Of a stretch of 64,000 nucleotides of DNA, positions 28,766 through 38,568 are shown piece by piece. A model generated the notes under the pieces. The model searched no databases, was not told the DNA's origin, and was given only the letters and a program-made list of their open reading frames with translations. Positions within the stretch are counted from its first letter, which is position 1; each line of letters opens with the position of its first letter. Source of the stretch: Chlamydiia bacterium (GTDB lineage: Bacteria > Chlamydiota > Chlamydiia > Chlamydiales > 2-12-FULL-49-11); NCBI GenBank assembly GCA_044359535.1, contig JBIKLZ010000003.1, forward strand, positions 1-64,000, given 5' to 3'. Made by a program: the position numbers and the translations under genes.

Positions 28766-29777
28766 GGGAGAGATACTTTTCTTGGTGAGCTTTTATAATA
28801 AGCCCTTCAAGCTCCTCTAAAAGGAGGGGATCATTAGACAGTTCTGCTTTTGCCGCCTCTCTTCCTTGAAAACGCTTCCCTTTAAACGAAAGCCAAGGCC
28901 CCTTTTTCTCCATAATGCCACTTTCAACCCCTAGATCTACAAGAGAGCCTGTTCTAGAAATCCCTTCATTAAACATAATATCAAATTCAGCACTTCTAAA
29001 AGGGGGAGCCATTTTATTTTTTACAATTTTAACACCCACTTGAATCCCTTGATCTAGGTTATCGACCCCTTTAATAGTTGCTTTTCTACGAATATCCATT
29101 CTAACAGAGGCATAGAATTTTAAAGCCCTACCCCCAGGGGTTGTTTCAGGACTTCCAAACATCACCCCAATTTTTTCTCTGATTTGATTGATGAAAATAG
29201 CGCATGTTTTTGATTTTGCTAAAGTAGATGTTAGCTTTCTTAAGGCTTGAGACATAAGTCGTGCTTGAAGACCAATGTGAGAGTCCCCAATTTCTCCAGC
29301 AAGTTCACTTTTTGGGACAAGGGCTGCTACAGAGTCTATCACAATAACATCGACAGCTCCAGATCGGGCAAGCATTTCAGCAATGTTTAAAGCCTCTTCT
29401 CCACTATCGGGCTGGGAAATTAAAAGCTCGTCTACATTTACCCCAATGCGAGCTGCATAAGCAGGATCTAAAGCATGCTCAGCATCGATATAGGCTGCAA
29501 TCCCTCCTCCTTTTTGACAGTTGGCCACAATATGGGTAGCAAGGGTTGATTTACCCGAAGATTCTGGGCCAAAAATTTCAACCACCCTTCCTCGAGGAAC
29601 CCCTCCAATTCCAAGGGCAAGGTCAAGGGTTAGCGCCCCTGTTTTAATCACTTCAACTTCTAAAGAGGCTCCCTTTTTTCCTAAGGACATAATAGAGCCG
29701 GCTCCAAATTGTTTTTCAATATGGGAGATAGCAAGTTCTAAAGCTTTTTTCTTTTCTGATAGAGGATTATCTGACAT
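28731..29777 (-). CDS. recA: Recombinase A
   Basis: [44 protein letters not shown]. Confidence 0.99.
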   Translation of the reverse strand: MSDNPLSEKKKALELAISHIEKQFGAGSIMSLGKKGASLEVEVIKTGALTLDLALGIGGVPRGRVVEIFGPESSGKSTLATHIVANCQKGGGIAAYIDAEHALDPAYAARIGVNVDELLISQPDSGEEALNIAEMLARSGAVDVIVIDSVAALVPKSELAGEIGDSHIGLQARLMSQALRKLTSTLAKSKTCAIFINQIREKIGVMFGSPETTPGGRALKFYASVRMDIRRKATIKGVDNLDQGIQVGVKIVKNKMAPPFRSAEFDIMFNEGISRTGSLVDLGVESGIMEKKGPWLSFKGKRFQGREAAKAELSNDPLLLEELEGLIIKAHQEKYLSPISEKQTPQAL

Positions 29778-29855
29778 GGTCTAACCTTTTTGTGAAATTT
29801 ATAATCAAAAAGACTATATAGGAGAAAATAACAAAAAAAAAGGGTTTTTTTGCTT

Positions 29856-30845
29856 ATGGAAGAAGGGGATCGATTTTTAGTGGCCGATGTGGGTGCGACA
29901 AAAACGCTTATTTATTTAGCAGTCCATAAAGAAAAAGAGCCTCTTGTTATAAAAAAAATGACATTTTTAGCCGAAGGGTTTTCTTCCTTAGAAGAGATCC
30001 TTTTTCTTTTTTTGAAAGGGGAGCAAAAGGTCCATTGGGGGGTAATAGGGGCATGTGGAGCTGTGAAAAATGAGGTATGTCACCTTACAAATCTTTCTTG
30101 GATAATAGAAAAAAATGCCATTGCCAATCAATTTCCTATTGAAAGGGTTTTTTTGATAAACGATTTAGAGTTAGAAGGGGGCTCCCTCTTTTCTTTAGAA
30201 AAGAAAGATTTAATAGAGATTCAAAAAGGAAAAAAAGGGGAGGGGTCGGTTAAAGCCCTTTTATCAGTGGGAACAGGTCTTGGTGAGGCTATTGTTTTAG
30301 AGGATAGGGTCCTACCCACAGAAGGGGGGCATGCTGATTTTGTCTCCACAACAAAAACCGAGTTTGCGTTTTTTGAGTGGATGAAAAATATGCAGGGGCA
30401 TGTATCGTGTGAAACAGCCCTTTCTGGAAAAGGGATTAGCCATCTTTATCAATTTTTTTCTGAACAAGAAGGAAAAGAAAAAATAGAAAACATCTTTTTA
30501 GAAAAAAATGAGGCCTCAAAAAAAGCTGTTTCCTTTTTTTTAAACACTTTAGGGAGGGAAGGGGGGAATTTTGCTTTAAAAACCCTTTGTTTTGGAGGTC
30601 TTTACCTTTCTGGTGGGGTATTAAAGAAAAATCCTTTAATCCTTCAAAGGGGGGAGTTTTTAGAGGCCTTTAAAGAAAAAGGGGTTCATAGATCTGTTTT
30701 AAAAAGCGTCCCCATCTATCTAATAAAAGGGGAAAAAAGTCTAATTTTAGGGGGGTGGAATTTCTTAAAACTGCAAAAAAAAGACCCCCTTTCAAAAAAA
30801 ATAAGTGAGACTGGGAGAGGTTTGCAAAAAAAACAGTTGTATTAA
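29856..30845 (+). CDS. glk: Glucokinase (Glk family)
   Basis: VADVGATKT, LTNLSW, LIND, GTGLG, EGGHADF, E.ALSG.G, GGLYLSGG. Confidence 0.9.
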   Translation: MEEGDRFLVADVGATKTLIYLAVHKEKEPLVIKKMTFLAEGFSSLEEILFLFLKGEQKVHWGVIGACGAVKNEVCHLTNLSWIIEKNAIANQFPIERVFLINDLELEGGSLFSLEKKDLIEIQKGKKGEGSVKALLSVGTGLGEAIVLEDRVLPTEGGHADFVSTTKTEFAFFEWMKNMQGHVSCETALSGKGISHLYQFFSEQEGKEKIENIFLEKNEASKKAVSFFLNTLGREGGNFALKTLCFGGLYLSGGVLKKNPLILQRGEFLEAFKEKGVHRSVLKSVPIYLIKGEKSLILGGWNFLKLQKKDPLSKKISETGRGLQKKQLY

Positions 30846-30904
30846 TAAATTGTTTTTTTGTATAAAGACTATTTTTACTAAAAACTACTCTGAAGGGGGA
30901 TAGA

Positions 30905-32029
30905 ATGAAACTAAATAGGATAGCCGGAGTGTTATTGACAGCAATTACTTGTATGTCTACTAGTCTAACAGCCGCTGATGTAACAAGTACTAAATATAAT
31001 GGATGCAAAGGGCCATCTCTTTGTTCTTCATTTCCACTCTTGGATAACGGCCAAAACTGCTGTTATACATGGCATTTAGATGTTGGATTGCTTTACCAAC
31101 AACCCATTTTTAATGGAAATAGCGCAGGATCTGCGTTTGTCCCTGTCTACCAACAAACAGGAACAGCAGCAACAAGTGCTATTAGCCAAACAGAAACAAC
31201 TTTAAACGTCGCAATGGATTACGTTTTAGGGGTTACAGCAAGTGTTGGATACTTAATGCACCATGATAATTGGTTTTTCGGAGCGAAATTTGATTGGTTA
31301 AGTGCAACAAGCAACACAAATTTTGATGAAACAAACACATTTTACCTTGCAAATAGAATGTTTGCTGATGGAAATACTTTAGGACTTGAAGCAGATTTCG
31401 GTATTTTTGCAGGTTCTGGTTTTGATCCAAGATCAGATTATTTTGACAACATCAACTATAATGCAAACATTGATATCTATGCATTAGATGTTTTATTAAG
31501 CAGAGGAAGCTATATTTCAAACTGCTTTTCTTACGAGCCTTGGATGGGTGTTGAAGCTCTTTGGTTTTCAACAGCTACATTGAGTAAATACTACACAACT
31601 AGCTCAGGGGGTCTTGGAACAACGTCTTATGCACAATTAGCAGCAAACTACGATGTATGGGGCGCAGGACCTACATTTGGTTTTAATGGTGAATACTACA
31701 TCACAGAAGGTTTAAGCTTCTTCTCTGATTCAAACGTAGCATTGTTAATTGGTGAAGTGACAGGAAAGTATACAACAAGTCTTATCACAAGTTCTACAAC
31801 TACCGATCCTTTAGAATCTGTATTGAATGCAAACAACTCATCAGCTTATATGTTGCCAATAAGATCTATAATTGGTGTTAAACTCTCATCATTTTGTTTA
31901 GAGGATAAGCACTTTGTAGCTCTTAAATTAGGTTATGATGTAAGAGTTGTTGGTGTAGCCCCAAATCAATATTTAGGGACAGGATTTAGTACAAATGGTC
32001 TATATGCTGATTTAGTTTGGAACTTCTAA
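30905..32029 (+). CDS. Lpg1974-family / MOMP-like outer-membrane beta-barrel porin, copy 1 (Cys-rich N-terminus)
   Basis: Signal peptide, amphipathic beta strands, EPWMG..ALW, WGAGPTFG, terminal ..LVWNF; codon usage typical of high expression. Confidence 0.8.
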   Translation: MKLNRIAGVLLTAITCMSTSLTAADVTSTKYNGCKGPSLCSSFPLLDNGQNCCYTWHLDVGLLYQQPIFNGNSAGSAFVPVYQQTGTAATSAISQTETTLNVAMDYVLGVTASVGYLMHHDNWFFGAKFDWLSATSNTNFDETNTFYLANRMFADGNTLGLEADFGIFAGSGFDPRSDYFDNINYNANIDIYALDVLLSRGSYISNCFSYEPWMGVEALWFSTATLSKYYTTSSGGLGTTSYAQLAANYDVWGAGPTFGFNGEYYITEGLSFFSDSNVALLIGEVTGKYTTSLITSSTTTDPLESVLNANNSSAYMLPIRSIIGVKLSSFCLEDKHFVALKLGYDVRVVGVAPNQYLGTGFSTNGLYADLVWNF

Positions 32030-32049
32030 AACAAATTAAATAGGACAAT

Positions 32050-32087
32050 AAAAAAAGAGTGGTAATAAAAATTACCACTCTTTTTTT
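32050..32087 (+). terminator. Rho-independent terminator after OMP 1
   Basis: AAAAAAAGAGTGGTAAT-AAAA-ATTACCACTCTTTTTTT perfect stem with T tail. Confidence 0.9.
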
Positions 32088-32104
32088 ATTTTTAAAATAA
32101 ATAG

Positions 32105-32133
32105 TTGCAAATAATAACTTTTAGAGTTATAGC
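32105..32133 (+). promoter_or_regulatory. Candidate sigma66/70 promoter for OMP 2
   Basis: TTGCAA-N17-TATAGC. Confidence 0.4.
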
Positions 32134-32184
32134 AAAGATAAGAACGAAAATTTTTTAAAAAAAAAAACCCAAGAGAGGTACAAA

Positions 32185-33360
32185 ATGTTAAAAAAGAGAA
32201 GCGCTCTTACTATGCTTAGTGCAATGGTATGTGCAATACACTCACTATCTGCAAACCCAATGAACCAAGAGGATCCTCAAAGATCTTATTTGTATACAAG
32301 CTATCCAGTAAAAGATAGTGTTGGACTACAATTGAATCTAGGTATCATTTACGAACAAATGAGAGTTGGTAACGCTGTTGCTGCTGAATCTGTTATAGAA
32401 ACAGACATAGTTAATATTCCTTCAGTTCCACAGGATTTTATAAACTACAATGCAGTGAATCAACGTTTTAATTTTGATATGGCTGTAGGATTAAAAGCAG
32501 GTGTTGCCTATTTTTTTGAACCAGACGGTTGGCTATTATCTGCAAATGTTGAATGGCTAAGTGCTCAAACAACCTATGCACAGCAGTATGACGGAATCAC
32601 AAGATATTTTCCAGCAGATTATCCTGCGGTTTTTTTAACTACATCAGCTCACTTTCCACTTGATTTTCAAGCAGTAAATGCAAGTTTCAATATTGACTAC
32701 TATCTTTTAGATGTTGTTTTATCTAATGGATCTTATTTTTCTGGAGCGTTTACTTTTGAACCCTTTGGTGGAATCCAAACTTCATGGATCAACTACTATA
32801 CCTATAAACAATTTAGTAGAGATTCAAACAACAGTGCACAAACAAATGCCAATAGTGATGGAATGCTTCCAGCAAACAGGTCTTGGGTAAAGCTTACAAA
32901 TATCAATTTTTGGGGCTGTGGTCCAGAATTTGGAATAAATGCAAACTACTACTTGGTTAAAGGGTTTAGTGTCTATTCTACATTACAATTAGCTATTCTT
33001 TTAGGACAAACAACATTAGGGGATTCAACAGGGATTGTTGAAAGCAATCCATCCACTCCAACATTTCAATATATTGGGGATACTAATAATTTAATGAGTC
33101 CAACAACAAGGGCGATTTTAGGTCTACAGTACGATGCAAATATGTTTAATGATACACAGCATTTAAAAATCAGAGCAGGTTTTGATACAAGATTTTACTT
33201 TAATCAACACCCAGTAGTAAGATATGAAAATCAATTCTTGTATGATAGAAACGTAACAGCTAATGAACTATACCAATACGAAATAACTAGACCTCGTATT
33301 GAAGAAAACAACACATTTTCTATGGTTGGTTTAATTGTTGATGTTACTTACGACTTCTAA
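32185..33360 (+). CDS. Lpg1974-family / MOMP-like outer-membrane porin, copy 2
   Basis: Paralog of 30905..32029 (LDVVLSNGSY, FEPFGG..TSW, FWGCGPEFG); signal peptide; C-terminal Phe. Confidence 0.8.
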   Translation: MLKKRSALTMLSAMVCAIHSLSANPMNQEDPQRSYLYTSYPVKDSVGLQLNLGIIYEQMRVGNAVAAESVIETDIVNIPSVPQDFINYNAVNQRFNFDMAVGLKAGVAYFFEPDGWLLSANVEWLSAQTTYAQQYDGITRYFPADYPAVFLTTSAHFPLDFQAVNASFNIDYYLLDVVLSNGSYFSGAFTFEPFGGIQTSWINYYTYKQFSRDSNNSAQTNANSDGMLPANRSWVKLTNINFWGCGPEFGINANYYLVKGFSVYSTLQLAILLGQTTLGDSTGIVESNPSTPTFQYIGDTNNLMSPTTRAILGLQYDANMFNDTQHLKIRAGFDTRFYFNQHPVVRYENQFLYDRNVTANELYQYEITRPRIEENNTFSMVGLIVDVTYDF

Positions 33361-33376
33361 AATAAAAGGGATAAGT

Positions 33377-33415
33377 AAAAAAGGGCGGTGAATTTTTTCA
33401 CCGCCCTTTTTTTTT
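33377..33415. terminator. Bidirectional rho-independent terminator between OMP 2 and dus
   Basis: AAAAAAGGGCGGTGAA-TTTT-TTCACCGCCCTTTTTT. Confidence 0.9.
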
Positions 33416-34367
33416 AGACACAACTCTCAATAATTGTGATCACTTCCTCTATACAAGAGGCTTTTGTAATCTCTTTTCGAACAAAGGTGTAGGCCTCTTC
33501 CTCCTTTAAATACCAACAGGCAACTTTCCGAATATCAGAAAGGACTTTTCTTGGAACTTGATAGCGGAGAATTTCTTTCACATGTTCACTAAATAATTGA
33601 AATGGGGTTGGAGGGATAAAATCTTTTCCCAGTAAAATATCTTGTGAAATATGTGGATTGCCCATCGTTATTCGAGAAACAAGGACCCCATCGGCTCCTG
33701 TATGTACAAGGGCTTTTTCCGCTGATTCCTTACAATTGATATCCCCATTTGCAAAGACTAGAATAGAGCGCTCTTGATCACAGGCCTCTTTAATATAGTC
33801 CCAGTTTGCTCCCCCCTTATACCCCTGCTCTCTTGTTCTACCATGAATAAAAATGGCATAAGCACCCGCTTGCTCAGCAATTTTAGTCACTTGTTTAGCG
33901 TTAATAGAATGTTGATCCCACCCTGCTCGTATTTTTACTGTAATGGGGATATCTACCTTTTTTTGCATCTCGTAGACAATTTCCCCAATTTTCTCAGGCG
34001 TTTTTAAAAGGGCTGAGCCGCTGCCATCTTTGGTCACTTTATCCACAGGACATCCACAGTTTAGGTCCAATAGATCAAAACCAAGATCCTCAATTATGGC
34101 ACTGGAGGTCCTTGCCACCTCTTTATCACTTGTGCATATTTGCGCCCCAATAGGGTGCATCCCTTTTGAAAAGGAGAGGATAGAAAAGGTCCCTTTATCC
34201 CCCCGAACTATAGCCTCTCCTTTTGTCATTTCTGTAAAAAAAAGACTATCGCTAAACTTTCGAACCATCGCCCTAAAGGGAAGATCTGAACATCCAGCAA
34301 GGGGTGAATAAACAATATTTGAGGCAAGCTCAAGGTTTTTTATTTTTATAGGTCTAAAAAGGGTCAT
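33414..34367 (-). CDS. dusB: tRNA-dihydrouridine synthase (DusB-like)
   Basis: SPLAG.SD.PFR, DLNCGCP, GSALL, VKIRAGW, IHGRTR, ANGDI. Confidence 0.92.
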   Translation of the reverse strand: MTLFRPIKIKNLELASNIVYSPLAGCSDLPFRAMVRKFSDSLFFTEMTKGEAIVRGDKGTFSILSFSKGMHPIGAQICTSDKEVARTSSAIIEDLGFDLLDLNCGCPVDKVTKDGSGSALLKTPEKIGEIVYEMQKKVDIPITVKIRAGWDQHSINAKQVTKIAEQAGAYAIFIHGRTREQGYKGGANWDYIKEACDQERSILVFANGDINCKESAEKALVHTGADGVLVSRITMGNPHISQDILLGKDFIPPTPFQLFSEHVKEILRYQVPRKVLSDIRKVACWYLKEEEAYTFVRKEITKASCIEEVITIIESCV

Positions 34368-34606
34368 AAAAATAGAGTTGTAATAAAAGTTTTTACTAAT
34401 CGGAGGGTGACAAGGGCTATCATTGGACTTATATCAAGGACCCCTCCTACAGGAGGAATCAATTTCTTAAAAATATTCATATAAGGATCTGTCAAAAAAA
34501 GGATGTATTTAGAGGCCTGATACCTATAAAGGGAGGGAAACCATGAAAGGGCTATTCTAATAAATATTAATAACGAATAAGTGGAAAAAAATGTTTCAAG
34601 CATCAT
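34364..34606 (-). CDS. yggT: YggT family membrane protein
   Basis: RIALSWFP, TDPYM..FKKLIPP.GG.LDISP. Confidence 0.9.
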   Translation of the reverse strand: MMLETFFSTYSLLIFIRIALSWFPSLYRYQASKYILFLTDPYMNIFKKLIPPVGGVLDISPMIALVTLRLVKTFITTLFL

Positions 34607-34705
34607 CGAACTCTTTGTGGAACTTTACGAACTATTTTACCATAGTAATCTTTTACGTCATCCTTTATTATACTAAAAGACTAAAGTTTTAGTTGGGTGT
34701 AAAGT

Positions 34706-36232
34706 ATGTATATTCTTGGGCTATATTCAGATGGGGACTACTTTAAAGTGTCCCTTATCCTAAAAAAATATGGGAAAAGGCGCCTTGAGTTTATTAAAGA
34801 GATAAAAAAGGGTGCTTTCCATCTAGCACACTTAAAAAAGGCTTTAGAGCAAAAGGGAGCTTTCTTTAATAAGAATATAGAAGTTGTTACAGCTATAGAT
34901 CCTGAAGAGCTTTTCGTACAAAAATTTTCTTTTCCTGTTAAAGGGCGATCAAAAGTTTTAAAAGCACTCAAATTTAGACTTTCTGATGAGGATATTTATT
35001 TTGAAAAGGGGGCTTATTTTATCCCAACATTTCAAAGGAAAGGGAACCAAACAGAGGTGGCTTTATATGGGTACACCAAAGAGGCGATGCATTCCCATGT
35101 GGAAGAAATAAAACATTTGGGTATAGATACTCACATTGTATCAACAATACCTAAAGCTTTTGAAAGATTTATTGATCTATTTGCCAAAGTGGAGCAACCT
35201 TTCTTTTTGTTTCACTTAGGTTGGGAAACCTCTTTTTTTTATTTTGTGATCAACAAAGAGGTTAAAAGGGAGGTTTCTTTTAGGTGTGGTTTAAAAAATA
35301 TTGTCGATGCGGTTCAAAAGGACCACATTTTAACAGAAAATGTCGATATGCAAAGGATTCAAGAGCTGTTTATTGAATCCATTGATCAAGAAAAGAAAAA
35401 TGACTCAACCAGGTTGTTTTTTGAAATAGAAAAAGAAATTTCCAGAGCATGGACATTTATCCTTGAAGAGGAAAAAAAGGCTCAAGAGGTTTTTTCTGTC
35501 CTATTTACTGGGTATAGTGACTTTTCAAGGGAATTAAAACCATACCTTCCCCCAATAGATTTTCAAGAGGTTGTTTTAACCCCCCATTTAGAGTACACCT
35601 CTTCACAACTTGCTTCCTATGCTATAGAAATTGGTCTTGCATTAGAAGGGGCTATTTCTTCAGTGCCCCCTTTGCAACTTGCTCAAGGAGAAATGATCCC
35701 TTATGCTCAAAAAAAGAGGGTGAAAAAAAGTTTAATCACCTTTGCAACCCTTTTAACCCTTTCTTGTGGGGTTTTATTTGTTTCATTAAACTCAATCCTT
35801 TCTGTGAAAAAAGGGGAGCTAAAAGAAAGATATGAAAGGGCAATTTCGGAATTGGATGAAAAGGCACATTTAGACATTGATTATAAAAACCTTGGATCTA
35901 AAAGAAAGCTACTGCAAAATGAGGCTAAAAAACTACAAGAGAAACAAAAAATTTTAGAGGGTCCTTTCCCTTTTTCTTCAGTCCTTGAATGGATAGCAAA
36001 GTGTGATCAAAGTTCTTTTATTGTAGAAAATATAGACTATCGCATTGTTCAAGCCCCTTCTTTAGAAGATCCCTTGGGGGGGTATATTGTTGAGGTTGCC
36101 ATTCAAATTGAAAAAAATGAACATGGATGGGATGAATTTTTTCTCAAAAAAGGGGAGAATGTCTTTTTTGATAGAGAACCGGAATATGAAGAGAAAACCA
36201 AAAGCTCTATAGTTAGGTTGAGGTTAAAATGA
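34706..36232 (+). CDS. Hypothetical protein, PilM/GspL-like cytoplasmic domain fused to TM and coiled-coil periplasmic part
   Basis: N-terminus ILGLYSDGDYFKVSLI, FHLGWETS, VLFTG and YAIEIGLAL follow the PilM/FtsA pattern; TM ~aa 345-365 followed by coiled coil. Confidence 0.55.
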   Translation: MYILGLYSDGDYFKVSLILKKYGKRRLEFIKEIKKGAFHLAHLKKALEQKGAFFNKNIEVVTAIDPEELFVQKFSFPVKGRSKVLKALKFRLSDEDIYFEKGAYFIPTFQRKGNQTEVALYGYTKEAMHSHVEEIKHLGIDTHIVSTIPKAFERFIDLFAKVEQPFFLFHLGWETSFFYFVINKEVKREVSFRCGLKNIVDAVQKDHILTENVDMQRIQELFIESIDQEKKNDSTRLFFEIEKEISRAWTFILEEEKKAQEVFSVLFTGYSDFSRELKPYLPPIDFQEVVLTPHLEYTSSQLASYAIEIGLALEGAISSVPPLQLAQGEMIPYAQKKRVKKSLITFATLLTLSCGVLFVSLNSILSVKKGELKERYERAISELDEKAHLDIDYKNLGSKRKLLQNEAKKLQEKQKILEGPFPFSSVLEWIAKCDQSSFIVENIDYRIVQAPSLEDPLGGYIVEVAIQIEKNEHGWDEFFLKKGENVFFDREPEYEEKTKSSIVRLRLK

Positions 36233-36804
36233 TAAAGGATTTTTTTTCAAAAAAAAATTGGATGATGGATGCAACACTTCTTTATTCTCTTATAGCTGCC
36301 CCTGTAATCTTATTTACAGCAGTATTAACCTTTTTTATCACAGCGATCCATTCTTTAAATGAATCCGAAAAAGAGGTGATCTTTGTTGAAAAACTGTTTC
36401 AAAAGAAAAAAAAAAGAGAGCCCTTTGATAAGGATCCTAAAGAAATAATCAGAAATATAGAAGCTCTTAACCTCCTTGAAGAGGAGCAAAGACTCCTTTT
36501 AAAAATTTTTCAAGAGGGAGAAAAAGAGGAGCTCTATGATGGAGTCTATGAGCGGTTAGCTTTTTTAAAAAATAAAAATCACATTGCTTTTGAACCCTTT
36601 GAAGGAAATGAATCTGTAGTGTGGAAGGTAAAAGAGCCTATAGAAATGAATCAAAACGATTTAAAAAATATTTTGATTATTGAAAAGAATTTCCCGTACT
36701 TGTTTTTTTCTTCAGTAAATTTTAGAACAATAGATAAAAATAAGGGAGATATTTATACTATAGAAATGGAAATCACCCAAAAAGGAAATAATGGGAATTT
36801 TTAA
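36229..36804 (+). CDS. Hypothetical bitopic membrane protein (PilO/GspM-like topology)
   Basis: Single N-terminal TM, coiled coil, small C-terminal alpha/beta domain; translationally coupled to neighbours. Confidence 0.55.
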   Translation: MIKDFFSKKNWMMDATLLYSLIAAPVILFTAVLTFFITAIHSLNESEKEVIFVEKLFQKKKKREPFDKDPKEIIRNIEALNLLEEEQRLLLKIFQEGEKEELYDGVYERLAFLKNKNHIAFEPFEGNESVVWKVKEPIEMNQNDLKNILIIEKNFPYLFFSSVNFRTIDKNKGDIYTIEMEITQKGNNGNF

Positions 36805-38050
36805 AAAAAAACATCTACTTTATATTTTGCCCATTCTTTTATTAGGGTGTAGATCCTCTTCTTCCCCAAATCTTGTTCATCTTCAAATAGTGGATAGAAA
36901 TGGCTACACACAAACTATCAGCGACAGTGAGGGGATGAAAAAATATGAGAGGTATGATTTAAAAGCCCCTTCTCATCATAAAAAAGTGATTCGGGTATTT
37001 GATAAGGATAAAAAAGGGGTGATCACCTTATACCATGAAAATGGGGAACTTTGGCAATATGTGGAAACAAAAAATGGCAGGGCTTCTGGGGTCTATGAAG
37101 AGTATTATCCTAACAGACAATTACATATTAAAAGCATTGTTAGTGAAGGAATAGCTGATCTAACCGATCAAGCAAAACTTTCTTGGATATTTGATGAAAC
37201 ATCTACGGTATATGATGAAAATGGAAATGTGATTGCAACAATTCCTTACAGTAAAGGGGTGCAAGAGGGGATTGCAACCTATTTTTATCCTAATGGGGTG
37301 GTGAAAAGGACAATTCCTTATTTAAACAATAAAATTGAGGGGAAGGTGTGTACCTATACTCAAGAAGGGGTCTTATCAGCAACAAAAAATTATTTTTTAG
37401 GAGAGGAAGAGGGAGAAGCTATTTTTAATGGATCTTCTGTTGAAGGGGGTTATAAAGAGTTTTATAAAAAGGGTCGCTTACTTGAGGGTAGATATCTTAA
37501 TATAGATGGAACCTTTTTTTCTGAGATTAAGGAAGGAGAAGGGAAAAAACCCTATTTTAAAGAGGGGGCTCTTTATAAAGTCTGCGAATATAGAAAAGGG
37601 ATTGAAGAGGGGGAGGTAACCCTTTATAGAAAAGATGGCTCTATTGAGTCTACCTATAGTGTTATCAACAATGAAAAACATGGGGAAGAGATCTGTTATT
37701 ACCCAACTCACGTAGGAGAGGAAATGATAAAAAAATTTCTAATCACATGGAGAGAGGGGCTTATTCATGGGAGGGTTTGTTCTTGGTATCCAAATGGGGT
37801 ATTAGAAAGTGAAAAAGAAATTGTGGATCATAAAAAAGAAGGAACCTACCTTAGTTGGTATATAGATAGTTCTTTGATGATGGTGGAAGAGTATAGACAA
37901 GATAGACTTATCAATGGAAAATATTTACGTAAAGGGGAGAGTGTCCCTATTTCTCGGGTTATTGATGGGATGGGAGAGGCTCATATTTATGATAAAGATG
38001 GGCTTTTGATAAGAAAGATTTCCTATTATAAAGGGTATCCAGTGGAGTGA
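36791..38050 (+). CDS. MORN-variant (YwqK-like) repeat lipoprotein
   Basis: Lipobox LLLGC; repeats YHENGEL, YYPNRQL, FYPNGVV, WYPNGVL with x-G-x-x-x-G spacing. Confidence 0.85.
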   Translation: MGIFKKKHLLYILPILLLGCRSSSSPNLVHLQIVDRNGYTQTISDSEGMKKYERYDLKAPSHHKKVIRVFDKDKKGVITLYHENGELWQYVETKNGRASGVYEEYYPNRQLHIKSIVSEGIADLTDQAKLSWIFDETSTVYDENGNVIATIPYSKGVQEGIATYFYPNGVVKRTIPYLNNKIEGKVCTYTQEGVLSATKNYFLGEEEGEAIFNGSSVEGGYKEFYKKGRLLEGRYLNIDGTFFSEIKEGEGKKPYFKEGALYKVCEYRKGIEEGEVTLYRKDGSIESTYSVINNEKHGEEICYYPTHVGEEMIKKFLITWREGLIHGRVCSWYPNGVLESEKEIVDHKKEGTYLSWYIDSSLMMVEEYRQDRLINGKYLRKGESVPISRVIDGMGEAHIYDKDGLLIRKISYYKGYPVE

Positions 38051-38568
38051 AAGAAGAGCTTAGACAAAGATATCTAAAAATAAGAAAGGGAATATCCTTA
38101 GAAAGGAAACAAGAGGCAAGAGGGGCTGTTTATAAAAAGCTCCTTGAAATGACACAAGGGGCTAAAGAGATTCTTTCCTATAGCCCCCTTGAAGATGAAG
38201 TTTGTGTCGATCTATTTAATCAATATTTAGCTGAACAAAACCGTTTATTTCTCCCTCGTATAGAAGGGAAAACCCTTGTCCCATATAAGGTTACTGATAT
38301 GGGAAGTCAGTTGAAAACTTTTTCTCATAGATTTTTAGAACCTATTATAGAGTGTGAAAAAAAAGAAACGGTCGATCTTGTCATTGTCCCTGGGATTGTT
38401 TTTGATAATAAGTGCGGAAGAGTTGGATTTGGAAAAGGGTTTTATGATAAATTTCTTTTTAAAACCAAAACACCTTCTATAGGGGTTCTTTTTAGAGAAC
38501 AACTTTTTGATGGAACTCTTGTTTTAGAAGATCATGACGTACCTATGGAGAGGCTATGTATTATCTAA
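38047..38568 (+). CDS. ygfA: 5-formyltetrahydrofolate cyclo-ligase
   Basis: KEELRQ, LPRI, DLVIVPGIVFD..GRVGFGKGFYDKFL, EDHDVPM. Confidence 0.92.
   Translation: MKEELRQRYLKIRKGISLERKQEARGAVYKKLLEMTQGAKEILSYSPLEDEVCVDLFNQYLAEQNRLFLPRIEGKTLVPYKVTDMGSQLKTFSHRFLEPIIECEKKETVDLVIVPGIVFDNKCGRVGFGKGFYDKFLFKTKTPSIGVLFREQLFDGTLVLEDHDVPMERLCII

Noticed and set aside
37900-38050. 6S RNA upstream of ygfA, as in many bacteria
   Set aside because: ygfA overlaps the MORN gene stop codon, leaving no room for an ncRNA
36791-38050. YwqK antitoxin of a toxin-antitoxin system
   Set aside because: Only MORN-variant repeat similarity; the protein has a lipobox and no adjacent toxin
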